From assembly GCA_016618085.1 (NCBI GenBank), contig JABLTG010000173.1, forward strand, positions 1 to 38,848: DNA of 38,848 nucleotides, read 5' to 3'. Position numbers and translations under genes: made by a program. The stretch is from Neovahlkampfia damariscottae (Eukaryota). Below the pieces are notes generated by a model. That model was not told the origin of the DNA, ran no database searches, and saw only the letters and a list, made by a program, of their open reading frames with translations. How positions within the stretch are numbered: position 1 is the stretch's first letter; each line of letters opens with the position of its first letter. This document shows, in pieces, positions 1 to 10,656 of this stretch.

Positions 1-215
1 AACTTGGAAAAAAAGATTATTTCAATTGTAAATATTGTAATTTTTCTCTTCCAAGAGATTATAATGGAGCAAGAAATATATTTCTGATGAATATACAAAA
101 TTTTATTGGAAATCCAAAAACTGCCAGTACTGCTGGCGACGGTCCTATCCCGAAAGAAATCTTGATTTTGATGTCTGGTCTGATTAATCAGAATGAACGG
201 AAAAGTCAGTTTTAA
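1..215 (+). CDS. Fanzor2/IS607-TnpB-like nuclease, C-terminal fragment (5' end outside window; not in ORF track)
   Basis: Frame from nt 3 reads LGKKDYFNCKYCNFSLPRDYNGARNIFLMNIQNFIGNPKTASTAGDGPIPKEILILMSGLINQNERKSQF*. This is the second CxxC of the Zn ribbon plus the RuvC-III RDxN(G/A)ARNI motif typical of TnpB/Fanzor. Stop TAA at 213-215. Confidence 0.9.
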   Translation, partial: LGKKDYFNCKYCNFSLPRDYNGARNIFLMNIQNFIGNPKTASTAGDGPIPKEILILMSGLINQNERKSQF

Positions 216-222
216 GATAGTG
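123..222 (+). ncRNA. Putative omega-RNA scaffold of element A (predicted guide = flank from ~223)
   Basis: Hairpin GCCAGT-ACT-GCTGGC (123-137); small stem CGG/CCG with loop TCCTATC (140-152); long imperfect hairpin centred on the palindrome TCTGATTAATCAGA and closed by TTGATTTT/AAAGTCAG; loop CTATC (145-149) is complementary to GATAG (216-220), giving a terminal pseudoknot. Confidence 0.7.
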
Positions 223-325
223 GTTGACAACAGCACTATTAAGTTTTCAATAAAGTTGTTTTAATACCTTTTTCCAACACCTCCAGGTCCCATGATGGTA
301 ATTGTTGTTGGTTATCCTCTTCCAT
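221..325 (-). pseudogene. Ras-superfamily small GTPase, 5' portion, interrupted by element A
   Basis: Minus strand reads PTTITIMGPGGVGK|SAVVN (beta1 + P-loop GxGGVGKS) with a 32-nt GT-AG intron (236-267) inside the Ser codon, then runs into the element end. The upstream ATG (325-323, MEED) is out of frame with the P-loop by one base. CCAAT at 337-341. Confidence 0.7.
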
Positions 326-424
326 TAATACCTGAACCAATGAAAATTAAAATTCAACAAAACGAGAAAAATATAATCAATCTACACAGATCCTTTGAAA
401 CATAAATTTTAAATAATATTTATT

Positions 425-2650
425 TTATAACAAATCAAATCCATCTTCATCTTCAATTCCTTCCATAGCCTCATCTGTCATTTGTTTCAACTTTGTCAAC
501 CCCGTGATATCTTCTAAATGTTCTGGTTCATTAAAACATTTTTCCAAAAATTTAAAACCATCATTTTTATAATGCTCACAAATCTAAAAAAAAAAATAAA
601 AACTAAAAGGTGAATTTTACAGTATTTGAACATGCTGTGCATTGTGAATAAGATGATCCAATCAACATCATTGTTTGAAATGTAGACAGTGATCCTCTCA
701 GTTGATGCGGTACTAAACCAAATTTATCTCCAACTTCATCTGATAATTTTGATGCGTTTGCATAAGCACCTTTCTTATGATGTAAAAGAGATATTAAAAG
801 TTCAACCGCCAAAGCACCTGCCATTGCTGATGTTCCAGGACGAGCAACTGTACATTGTTGATCCATTGAACGGTCTTTTGTTGAATTTACAGGAGCAACC
901 ACATCATTACAAAAATAACAACCTAACTCTTCATCTGATTTATCATTTGGTTTCATTCCATGTCTCATAACAACATATGATTCAAAACCTAAAGCAACTG
1001 TAATAACAAGCTGTAGAATGTTTTAAAATTAAAACTTTGTTTTTACTTTCTTGTGGTATTTACCAAGTACTGAAGGTAACCATCTTGATTCTCTTGTATC
1101 TGTTAACAAAAATATTACATCATGATCTTTCACTAATTTTTCAAGTTGTTCAACATTTTTTTCAATTTCATCTCTTGTTTCTTTTGTTACAACATAACCT
1201 GGCATTGGTATATTCATATTGACATAGTTTGAATTCTAATAAAGAAATTGTTAAAAAAAAATGGGAATTATTTTTTACAGCGTTCGGATAAATTTTTTTT
1301 AAATTATCAGAAGCACATTTTGCTTTTGGTTTTCCACCATCCAAACAATCTTCATAATTATATAATGACTGCCTGACAGGCTTCAAAAAATGATTAGTTT
1401 TTTTTTTAATTTTACATTTGAATATGACACTTTTGAGTTGTCCAAAAAAGTTATATTAAAAATACTCCAAGCAATTAAATTTCTAGCTACCTGACATCCT
1501 AAAGTACCTGAACCAACCAACAAACATTTTTGTTGACCTAACAAATCAACATCCAAAGAAGGAAACATTCTCCATTTCATTAAATTCAAATTTAAAGCTA
1601 CAGAAGATTCAGCTAACTTAATAGGATCCATCATGAATCCAACGTCAATCGATCTTGAACTATTTTTGTTGTTTGAATTTTTTTCCCAACCAACACATTT
1701 GAATTCACCTGTTAATTTGTCAATATTTTGAAAAAACTTTTACTTGGTAGTAATTTATCAACAATTTCAATATCAAATGTAATTGATGTTGATATGTCAG
1801 ATTTTGAAATGATTTCTCTATAACATAAAATTTTAAATTTTTTCAAGCCAAAAGTAAGACTTGAAGCAATGATATAATTTCTTAAAAACCAACCTGGATA
1901 TGAATTTAAAGAAGAAGGATCTAAAAATGAAATAAAAAATTCATTAGTTTTGAAATCTTTCAATGATTCTAATGAATGAACAGATCCATCTTTTGTTGAT
2001 ACCAAAAAGAAACCTCTTTGATAAATGTCAACTTTTTTTCGATATTCGCCATATGATTTCTTTAAATTATCAATAATCTTTTCATCAAATATTTTAGTGA
2101 TGCTTTCAGCAGGTGTCATTTGAATAGATTCAGTTATTATTGAAGGAAACCCGAACCAATACCAAAATTTGTGATGTTTTAAATCTGCATAACTTAATAA
2201 TAAAAACTCTGTTAAAACACTATTTGATGATTAAAAAAAATAAAAAAAAAACCTTGGATTTTTCAGCCACTCTTTTGATTCTATATTTTTTAATATACTC
2301 TTTGCTGAGTCTTTTAAAAGATTATATTTATCAAAATTTTGAAATTCTTCTTTTGTATTTGCATTATAAATGACTCCTGGACTGTAACATGTTTCAATTG
2401 TTGTTCTTTTTAAAAAATTACAATAAAAAACAGTTTACTCTTTAATATCAAAGGCATCTCCCGGTAATATAAATCTTGAAGAAACAGATTGATGCTCACC
2501 ACCTGAGTGATAAGACCCTAAAAACTTCTTCGGAGAATTATCAAGTTTAAATTCAACTAATTTTTTGTGTTCCAATTGATACCAGAATTCAATTTCAACA
2601 GAAGAGTGTAATGTTTCATATTTTAAAGGATTATTCTTTTGTTCAGTCAT
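425..2650 (-). CDS. ATG7: Autophagy E1-like enzyme ATG7 (multi-exon)
   Basis: Spliced ORF pieces give [76 protein letters not shown], catalytic [17 protein letters not shown] and CTACS. Example intron 584-620; stop at 427-425. Confidence 0.96.
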
Positions 2651-2785
2651 GCTTTTGTTAAATTTCTAAATTCAAGCAAAGTCAAGAAGTTGACCAATAA
2701 TATAATTAGATCGATTTAATTGGCTAAACATAACTAAAAAAAAACAACAAAAAAACCAACCTCCTAACTACTAATCTGTACAAAC

Positions 2786-3173
2786 ATGCAAACTTCAAGT
2801 AAAAATAAGATATTTCTAAATGTAATTTTCCATCAGAAATTCTAAATAAAAACATCACAAAACAACTTCAAAGCAATTTTACAAGACAAAAATATTATCA
2901 CTTTGTAAATCCAACAAAAAATTTGTTGAAACTTTCAGAACAAGAACGTAAATATTTTATTTTTTATTTTTTAACTTTTTAGTCATGGTTGAGTCAGAAA
3001 AAATTCAACCGGAGTCAAGTAAATTATTTCCAGCTTCAATTCTTAAATGGAAGGCACAAGCTACACAACCAACAACAATGAATTTACAACTTAATGAAAT
3101 TTCAATTGTATCAGAACATCCAAAACATGTTTTACCTGGAATTCCTTCAAATGCAAAATTTTGGAAAATGTAA
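2786..3173 (+). CDS. Small (~105 aa) protein of unknown function with a basic, acid-free N-terminus resembling a mitochondrial presequence; 2 introns
   Basis: ATG 2786 and two short GT-AG introns join MQTS/KILNKNITKQLQSNFTRQKYYHFVNPTKNLLKLSEQE/LMVESEK...AKFWKM*. Confidence 0.6.
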
Positions 3174-3318
3174 AAATTCAACAAAAAAAAAAAAAACCAT
3201 TTTTTTATCAACATTAAAAATAAAATTATTCTCAACTTTTTGTTAAAATTTTTCACTTCAAAAACTCCAAGTCTAATTATCCAATCAGATTTTGTTTTAC
3301 TCAATAAAAAAAAAAACA

Positions 3319-3858
3319 ATGGTTATTGAGTATGTCAAGTCACCGTTACATTCACTTTTTACTTGGGCAAGAACATCATCACTTTGGCCTGTAACTTTTG
3401 GTCTTGCATGTTGTGCTGTTGAAATGATGCATGTAGCTGCTTCGCGTTATGATTTAGATCGTTATGGTATTATTTTCAGACCGAGTCCTCGTCAATCTGA
3501 TGCCATGATAGTAGCTGGTACATTAACTAATAAAATGGCTCCTGCTTTAAGAAAGGTATACGATCAAATGGCAGAACCACGTTATGTAATTTCAATGGGT
3601 TCATGCGCTAATGGAGGTGGTTATTATCACTATTCGTATGCTGTTGTTAGAGGATGTGACGTTGTTATTCCAGTTGATGTATATGTTCCTGGATGTCCTC
3701 CTACAGCTGAAGCTCTTTTATACGGGCTTTTTATGTTACAAAAAAAAATTAAAAGAAATCCATATAAAGAATGGGACTATTCAAAAGAAAATCCAAAATC
3801 ACTTCCAAAAATACAAAGAAATACAACTGAAAAATTCATCGGAGAACCAGTTGATTAA
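3319..3858 (+). CDS. NDUFS7: Complex I Fe-S subunit PSST/Nad10/NuoB
   Basis: [55 protein letters not shown] 3319 is preceded by CCAATCA at 3281-3287. Confidence 0.96.
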   Translation: MVIEYVKSPLHSLFTWARTSSLWPVTFGLACCAVEMMHVAASRYDLDRYGIIFRPSPRQSDAMIVAGTLTNKMAPALRKVYDQMAEPRYVISMGSCANGGGYYHYSYAVVRGCDVVIPVDVYVPGCPPTAEALLYGLFMLQKKIKRNPYKEWDYSKENPKSLPKIQRNTTEKFIGEPVD

Positions 3859-4349
3859 AAATAAAAAAAATTTTGAAAAAAAAAATTGTCGTTTTTTTGC
3901 ATTAATTTTCCAAATAATGATTTTTAATTATCTATTAATTATTTCGTAACAAAATGCTTCAAATCATTTTGGAGGATTCAACACTAGAAAAACTACAGGT
4001 TCATATTAAGAATTGAATGTTCTTGATGTAGGCCTTCCTTTGAAGAAATCCTTCTTACTCAACAATATTATTGATAATTTACTACAAACTAATGAGCTTT
4101 TGATGAAAAAATTATTTATTTCCTTTATCCAACCATTTGCTGAACGTTTTTCATTAGACAAATTTTTTTGGTATTATTTGGAGTGGTTTTATTTTCATCA
4201 AAATGTAGTAAGATATTGCAATATTTATTGGTGATGTTCACGTGAAGAAATATTCTTACCAGCAAGAGTAATATTAATTTGAAGCAAATAAATAGATGCA
4301 TTGATGACTGGATCCATTTTCAGTTTGTTGTCGCAAATATGTAATTGTC

Positions 4350-6880
4350 TCAAGTATTTCTTCTTACAAATGAATTTAATATTTCTGATTTGAAAAATTG
4401 ATCCAAGTGTTTAAAACATTCTAAATTCTGAATTGATTCATAATTTTTTGTCAAAAATTGTAAACAAAAATTATACATATACTTATCATTTATTGCATAA
4501 GAAATATCCAATAAAGCACAAGCAGTATCATTATCTTCAATTCTATCCTTGATTATTGATCTAAGATAAGGAATTAATTCATGAAATTCAAATTTATGAA
4601 TTGATAAATACATTTCAATACAAATATCAGCTGTTACTATTGGTAAAATTCCAGTATACAAATATTGAATGATTTTTGTTAAAGTCAATAATGAGATATC
4701 AAATATTTCAATATCATCAGATTCACTTTCTGAAAATGATGATGTAAACATGGTCTTGAAATATTCACTTGTTTCTGATAAGTATCCTTTGTGAGCTTGA
4801 ACAAATCCATTTTCCTCTTCATTGATTGGTGCAATTAAATTTACTATTCCAGATAATCTTGGAATTGATTCAATTTTATCAAGAGAATACATTTTAATAG
4901 TTTGGTTAATCAATTCTTTTGAGTTTAAATTTAAATGATTTGATGTTATCGAGTTGAATGTTAATTTTCCTTTACAGATTTCTTCAATAAAATGACATTT
5001 CAAATCTATTGCATTTTGTAATAATACTTCAATTGCACCTTCTTTCTTTAATTCTTGTGATGATAAATCAAAGCATGAAGTATACAAGTATTCAATGATC
5101 AAAAAAATAAATTTGAAATTTGGAGTTTTAACATAGTTGGAAATAAAAATTTCAATGATTTTGTTTTCATTTTCCGAAGAATTGATTACTTTTTTGAAAA
5201 TTAAATTCTTTTTAAGAATCCAACGATGACATAAAATTTTGGATCCATCATCAAATAGAATAATTGTGTCTCCTTCAATTTGTTTATTGAACCAATTTTT
5301 CATTTCTTTTTGAATTTTATCAACAATTGTTGAATGTTCAAATAGTCCTGAATTTAAAAAATGATCTTGATATTTTTCTAATATTTTCAATTTTTCTGAA
5401 TAATGATCAAAATTGACTTTATGAAGACTTGTGAATGTTTTAAGAATAATTTTTTTATAATCCTCTTCAATCTATCAAATGAATTAGATAAAGTGTTGTT
5501 ACTTTGATATTATCTTTTATACCTCCAATGATATATATTGAATCATTCATTTTTGTTGAAGAAGCAAAACCAACTTCATCTGATTCGTTAGTTTGATTGA
5601 TCATCAAAAACCACTGATTCTTTTCAATATCAAATTTGTAAACATATTTTGAGTTTTTCTTTTCAGAATCATGACCACCAGTGATTAAAAATGAATTTGA
5701 ATTAATTTGAAAAATATCACTTGAATGAGTCAAAGCTGGTCGAGGTCCTTTTGTTCTGATTTCAGTGCAAATCCAATGGTTATCATATTTCAACATGAAT
5801 AAATCATCAAATATTTCATTTTGATTATGACCTCCAAAAATGAATACATTTCCATTGACCATTCCAGATGAATGACCTGATCTTTTTTTTGGTGGACTTG
5901 AGATGGTCAATTTTGTTAAATGACTAAACTTTACATGTAACTCATAAAAGTTATTCGAAAAATCTAAGTTTGAATTTTTAAATTGCTTTCCAAACCCTCC
6001 AAAAATAATGAAGGATTTTCTGCTTGAAATAGTTGTTGAATGACCAGCTAAATATGGAATTTCATCACCTTCAAGATTAACTAATTTCCATTTTGAATAT
6101 TTTTGATCAAAACAATAGATTTCATTCAAATAATTCATTTTTTTATCCATTCCACCAATTAAGAACAAATTCATTGATTGATTCAATGAAATTGAATTCA
6201 AAGTTGATAAAATTCTTGATGATGGTGTTTCAACTGATTTTAATTGTGTTACTATGTCTCTTTCCAATACTAAAAAATCATTTGAATATTTTCCTTCAAA
6301 AATTCCACCAAAAAAGTAAATTTGATTTCCAAATGAATCAGATGAATGAAAAGATCTTTTTGATAGTAATTCACTTTTAATTCCTTCTTTCCAATGGTGT
6401 AAATTGGAGTATTCTAAAAAATTCTCACCGTCAATTACTTGTTTTTCATTCGTCACATATTTGTAAAGCACTGTGGAAGATATTTTTTCTTCTTTTTGAA
6501 ATTGAAACTCTTCTTTGATATCTTGATTAATAAATTCATTTAATTCTTGTATTAAGTCAAAAATCATCACTTCACCCAAATGATTCTTTGTCTGTTAACA
6601 GATTGTGTTAAATAATTTGTTTTATCAACCATGTTCATTATAACTGAAGTTAAATTTTCATTTTCAATTTCATCTTGATAAATTTTTATTTCAGGTACTT
6701 TCAATGGATATTTTTCATTTAGATGAACATCAATTAAATATACTGTTTTTTGTTATTTTTTTTTTTTAAACCTCCAAATCTAATTTGAAAATGTGGATGT
6801 GGTTTATCTGAAAACTCTTTAAAGTCGTCCAAGTACATGGACTTCAATACTTCTATTTCTTCTTGCTGTGTCTCCTGCAT
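4350..6880 (-). CDS. RWD + Kelch repeats + tandem BTB/BACK protein (LZTR1-like C-terminus), 3 introns
   Basis: MQETQQEEIEVLKSMY...KYPLKVP...LGEVMIFDLI (RWD); RSFHSS..IYFFGG, RSGHSS..VFIFGG (Kelch); CHRWIL and AHKGYLSETSEYFKTMFTSSFSES..IIQYLYTG (BTB). ORFs 6734-6952, 5467-6579 and 4350-5390 join in frame via short introns. Confidence 0.85.
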
Positions 6881-7136
6881 TAAATTTTTAATTTGATGGA
6901 AGATTTCTGATTGGTAGATAAAAATAAGTGTTAATTTCCAAATTGAATTCATCTCTGGAATTGATGTCTATTCTTTTATTACTTAATTAATACAAACTTT
7001 GTAACAATTTTCAACCTCAGAAAGAATTTAAAACTTCTTTATTTGTCAATTTGTTTTCTATTGGACAAAGGAAGAATTAGTTTTATTTATAACCTCATGT
7101 TGTTTTATTTTTTTTCAGATTTTAAAAAGAAAAAGA

Positions 7137-8533
7137 ATGAGAGAAATAGTATCACTTCAAGTTGGTCAAGCCGGAATTCAAGTTGGAAATTCAGTCTGGG
7201 AGTTATACTGTAAAGAACATAACATTACAAATGAAGGAATCAAATTAAAAACAACTGGAAAAGATAATGACTTTTCAACATTCTTTAATGAAACAAAATC
7301 AGGAAAACGTAATGATTTTATTTTTAAAACATGAAGATGTACCTCGTGCTCTTTTTGCTGATTTAGAACCTTCTGTTGTTGATACTGTCAGGACAGGTGA
7401 ATATGGAAAATTATTTCATCCAAATCAACTAATATCTGGAAAAGAAGACGCTGCAAATAATTTTGCTCGTGGGCATTACACCACAGGTTTGAATTTTTTT
7501 TTTAAATTTTTCAACAGGCAAAGAAGAAATAGAAAAGATTCTTGATAGCACTCGTAAGTTAGTAGAAAGTTGTTCTTCGTTACAAGGTTTCATGATGTTC
7601 AATTCTGTAGGTGGAGGAACAGGATCAGGCCTTGGAAGTTTGATTTTAGAAAAACTCACTGAAGAATATGGTAAAAAGTCAAAAATTGGATTTCAAATCT
7701 TTCCATCACCACAAATATCAACATCATTAGTAGAATCTTATAATGCTGTTTTAGCATCACATTCACTTTTAGAAAACACAGATATTTCAGTAGTCTTTGA
7801 TAATGAAGCATTATATGATATTTCAAAAAACAAACTTGGAATTCAACAACCAACTTATAAAAATCTCAATCGAATTATTAGTCAAGTTATTTCATCTTTA
7901 ACAACTTCATTAAGATTTGATGGAGAATTGAATGTTGATATTTCTGAATTTCAAACAAATTTAGTACCTTATCCAAGAATTCATTTTATGTTATCTTCAT
8001 TAGCTCCAATGATTTCAATGAAAAATTTTAGTCATGAAAATTATTCAGTTTCAGATATTACAAATGATGTAATTGAATCAAAATCAATGATGGCAAAATG
8101 TGACCCAAGAGATGGAAAATATATTGCTGCTTGTCTCATGTATAGAGGAAATGTTCAAGCTCAAGAAGTTAATCAAGCTGTTAATTTCATTAAAAAGAAG
8201 AAAAAAATGGATTTTGTTGATTGGTCACCTTGTGGATTTAAATGGGGTGTTAATAAAAATCCTCCTGCGATAGTAAAAGAATCTGAATTTATTGAAGTTG
8301 ATAAATCAGTTTGTATGATTTCAAATTCATCATCCATTGGAAATGTCTTTAATAGAATTGATAAGAATTTTGATTTGATGTATGCAAAAAGAGCATTTGT
8401 TCATTGGTTTGTTGAAGAAGGAATGGAAGAAGGTGAATTTAGTGAAGCTAGAGATGATTTAGAAAATCTTGAAAATAGTTATCAAGAAATCTCTGGAAAA
8501 ACAGTTCAAAAAGAAGAATTGGAATTTGAATAA
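7137..8533 (+). CDS. TUBA: Divergent alpha-tubulin; introns 7309-7336 and 7487-7517
   Basis: [82 protein letters not shown]. Confidence 0.96.
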
Positions 8534-8540
8534 ATTCTTT

Positions 8541-9263
8541 TTAATTTCTTTTGTAGTCTTTTCCTGAATAATAATTATTTCTATAATTTCCACCAGTATT
8601 TGAATTATAACCACCACCACCACCACTGTTTCCATTATAATTTCTTTTATAATCTTGTTGTGATTGTTGTGAAGTTGGTGAATACATTTGTTGTGGAGGT
8701 TGTTGATAATAATTTTGTGAAGTTGGAGGTTGATAATTTTGAGATTCTTGATAATAATATGAAGAATTAGACGATGATTGAAAAGGTGATCTATTCATAA
8801 TTGGAGTTATAGGTGATTGTGATTCTTGTCTATATGAAGAACCCATTATTGGTGGAACATTTGGTCTTCTATCGTAATATGGATTTCTTTTTTCTTCTTC
8901 AAGTTTTTGTTGTAATATCTCATTTTTTAATTCTTCTTCTTGTTTTTTTTTCATTTGAGCTTCTTGTATATTTTTTAGTTTTAAGAATAATTCTCTTTTT
9001 CGTTTTTTGAGGTTGTCTATATTTTGTTCTACAAGTTGGACTTTTATAGAGTGTACTTCTGCTTGCATTTTTTCTTTTTGATAAAATTCTTCGTCGTGTT
9101 TTCTTTCTTCGATAATTTCTTTGTCTAATTCTTTCATTTCTTCTTGTTGTATTTTTCTGATGAAAGGCATGAATAATTTGACTTGATTTTTATCATATTT
9201 TGGTACTCTTCTTTTCCAGGTTTTTGGTTTCGAAATTGGTGAGTATGTTGCTGTTTCTTTCAT
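8541..9263 (-). CDS. Coiled-coil protein with Q/S/Y/P/N low-complexity tail; possibly GPS2-like
   Basis: First ATG 9263 with CCAATCA (minus strand) at 9289-9283; long E/K/Q helix including KKRKRELFLKLKNI; prion-like C-terminus. Confidence 0.7.
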   Translation of the reverse strand: MKETATYSPISKPKTWKRRVPKYDKNQVKLFMPFIRKIQQEEMKELDKEIIEERKHDEEFYQKEKMQAEVHSIKVQLVEQNIDNLKKRKRELFLKLKNIQEAQMKKKQEEELKNEILQQKLEEEKRNPYYDRRPNVPPIMGSSYRQESQSPITPIMNRSPFQSSSNSSYYYQESQNYQPPTSQNYYQQPPQQMYSPTSQQSQQDYKRNYNGNSGGGGGYNSNTGGNYRNNYYSGKDYKRN

Positions 9264-9533
9264 GATGAAGTATGATGATGTATGATTGGATGAAAAAAAA
9301 AGTCGTTTTTTTTGAATTTCTTCATTCAACAAATAAGCAATTTTTTATTTATTCTGTTGACAAATCACAATCAGTTCAATTTCATTTGATTGAGTTATAT
9401 TTAGTTTTATTTTGCCAATCATTTCCTCTCAAAATTTTGAATAAATAGAAGTGTTTTTTTGACTTTGAAACATAAAACAAAAACTTATAATTCGTGGCTT
9501 ACCGATACACGTCAAGTATTATAATCAAGAAAC

Positions 9534-9986
9534 ATGAAAACTCAAATGAATCAAACTCATATTAAAATACCAAAACAAAACAAAAAATTGGATCAATTGG
9601 AAGAAAAACTCAATCAACTTGCTCAACAAATTGAAAATCTTGAAAGTTTACAATTCAAACAAGAAGATATTTCAGAACTAAAACTTGTTTCAAAAAAACA
9701 AGAAAGAATTCAAGCATTAAGGGCTAAACTCAATTCAGATCTTCCAGAAAAAAGAAAAGTGAAAATTGCTGAAAAACTTTCAACTTTAAAAGAACAACAT
9801 CAAGATGTTTCAGAAATTCAAAAATCAGAAAAAGTTCAACAATTCATTCAAAAACTCTCTGATGAAACAATTACAAACAAAAGAAAAGTTGTAATTGCTT
9901 CAAAATTAAAAGAATTATTTGAAAAAATGGATGAAGACTTACAAAATGAAATCAAACCAAAGAAATTAAGACTCTTGGACAATTAG
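9534..9986 (+). CDS. Small coiled-coil protein with two internal repeats, unknown function
   Basis: 150-aa ATG-initiated ORF; repeat units KLNSDLPEKRKVKIAEKL and KLSDETITNKRKVVIASKL. Confidence 0.65.
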   Translation: MKTQMNQTHIKIPKQNKKLDQLEEKLNQLAQQIENLESLQFKQEDISELKLVSKKQERIQALRAKLNSDLPEKRKVKIAEKLSTLKEQHQDVSEIQKSEKVQQFIQKLSDETITNKRKVVIASKLKELFEKMDEDLQNEIKPKKLRLLDN

Positions 9987-10032
9987 TACCTTTGTGAGAA
10001 TAAAGATTATTTTCAAATTGAAGAATGATGTT

Positions 10033-10525
10033 TTAACGATGAGTATCCTTTTCAAATACTCTAATTGTGCAGAATAAATTCAATCCCTGAATCAATTCGG
10101 ATGTAACTCCAGATTCAGTTATGACAGTCAATCCATCAAAATAGAAATGATAAAAAATATCCAATAAGTGTTCATCTGAAAAATCATTTTTGATAAAATC
10201 TACATTATCAAATGTTTCTCCATGAGAATTAATATAAAAACCAGAGTTACAATCATTACTGCGACCACAAAATATGAAAAATATCATAAAGATAAATACA
10301 ATCTGGTGTGGCAAAAATCTTCAAAGGATAATAACTTTCAGCGAATTGTAACCTCACTCAGTTAAAAAAAACGATATGCAATGATTGTGGATGTTAAAAT
10401 CTTCTGAAATATATACATCTTTCGACTCTGAGTTTCATATTTTTTATTTTAACAATTTTTCTTCTGTTTTTCTTTCTTCACTCTCTGAAAGACTGTGAAT
10501 TCTAGCGGTTTGTTGTTCCTTGCGA
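10033..10525 (-). pseudogene. Possible decayed gene
   Basis: The 93-aa ORF lacks a start ATG. The same frame extends upstream to ~10520 with protein-like composition (RKEQQTARIHSLSESEERKTEEKLLK*KI*NSESKDVYISEDF...) but has four in-frame stops. CCAATCA at ~10541. Confidence 0.35.
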
Positions 10526-10583
10526 TCACAAATACAATATCCAATCAAACAACCAGAATGAGAAAAAAAAGCAAAAAATTTTA

Positions 10584-10656
10584 TGGACCACTAGGGAATC
10601 GAACCCTAGACCTCCTGCTTGCAAAGCAGGCGCTCTACCAACTGAGCTAGAAGCCC
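10584..10656 (-). tRNA. tRNA-Ala (anticodon UGC), intronless
   Basis: GGGCTTCTAGCTCAGTTGGTAGAGCGCCTGCTTTGCAAGCAGGAGGTCTAGGGTTCGATTCCCTAGTGGTCCA forms a cloverleaf with G3:U70 and A73; no encoded CCA; downstream T-run (Pol III terminator). Confidence 0.96.

Larger units (their letters stand above)
1..222 (+). mobile_element. Right end of Fanzor2-carrying IS607-like element A
   Basis: Nuclease C-terminus and structured 3' region ending CAGTTTTAAGATAG|TG (207-222), directly abutting an interrupted Ras-like exon on the opposite strand. The terminus aligns with that of element B at the other end of the window. Confidence 0.8.

Noticed and set aside
84..155. CTGATGA...CGAAA resembling a hammerhead ribozyme core
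   Set aside because: The required flanking stems and cleavage triplet could not be built; the motif falls in Fanzor codons (FLMN) and the downstream hairpins are better explained as omega-RNA.
3170..3330. Intron joining the upstream ORF to NDUFS7 to supply a presequence
   Set aside because: The donor at 3170 is phase 2, while the nearby acceptors (3271, 3288, 3330) need phase 1 or 0; a CCAAT box precedes ATG 3319.
3950..4349. ORF 4013-4234 and a possible small minus-strand gene starting MDPVINAS
   Set aside because: No recognisable motifs, no ATG at the plus ORF start, and the minus model needs an atypically long intron; it may be a relic but I cannot support a call.
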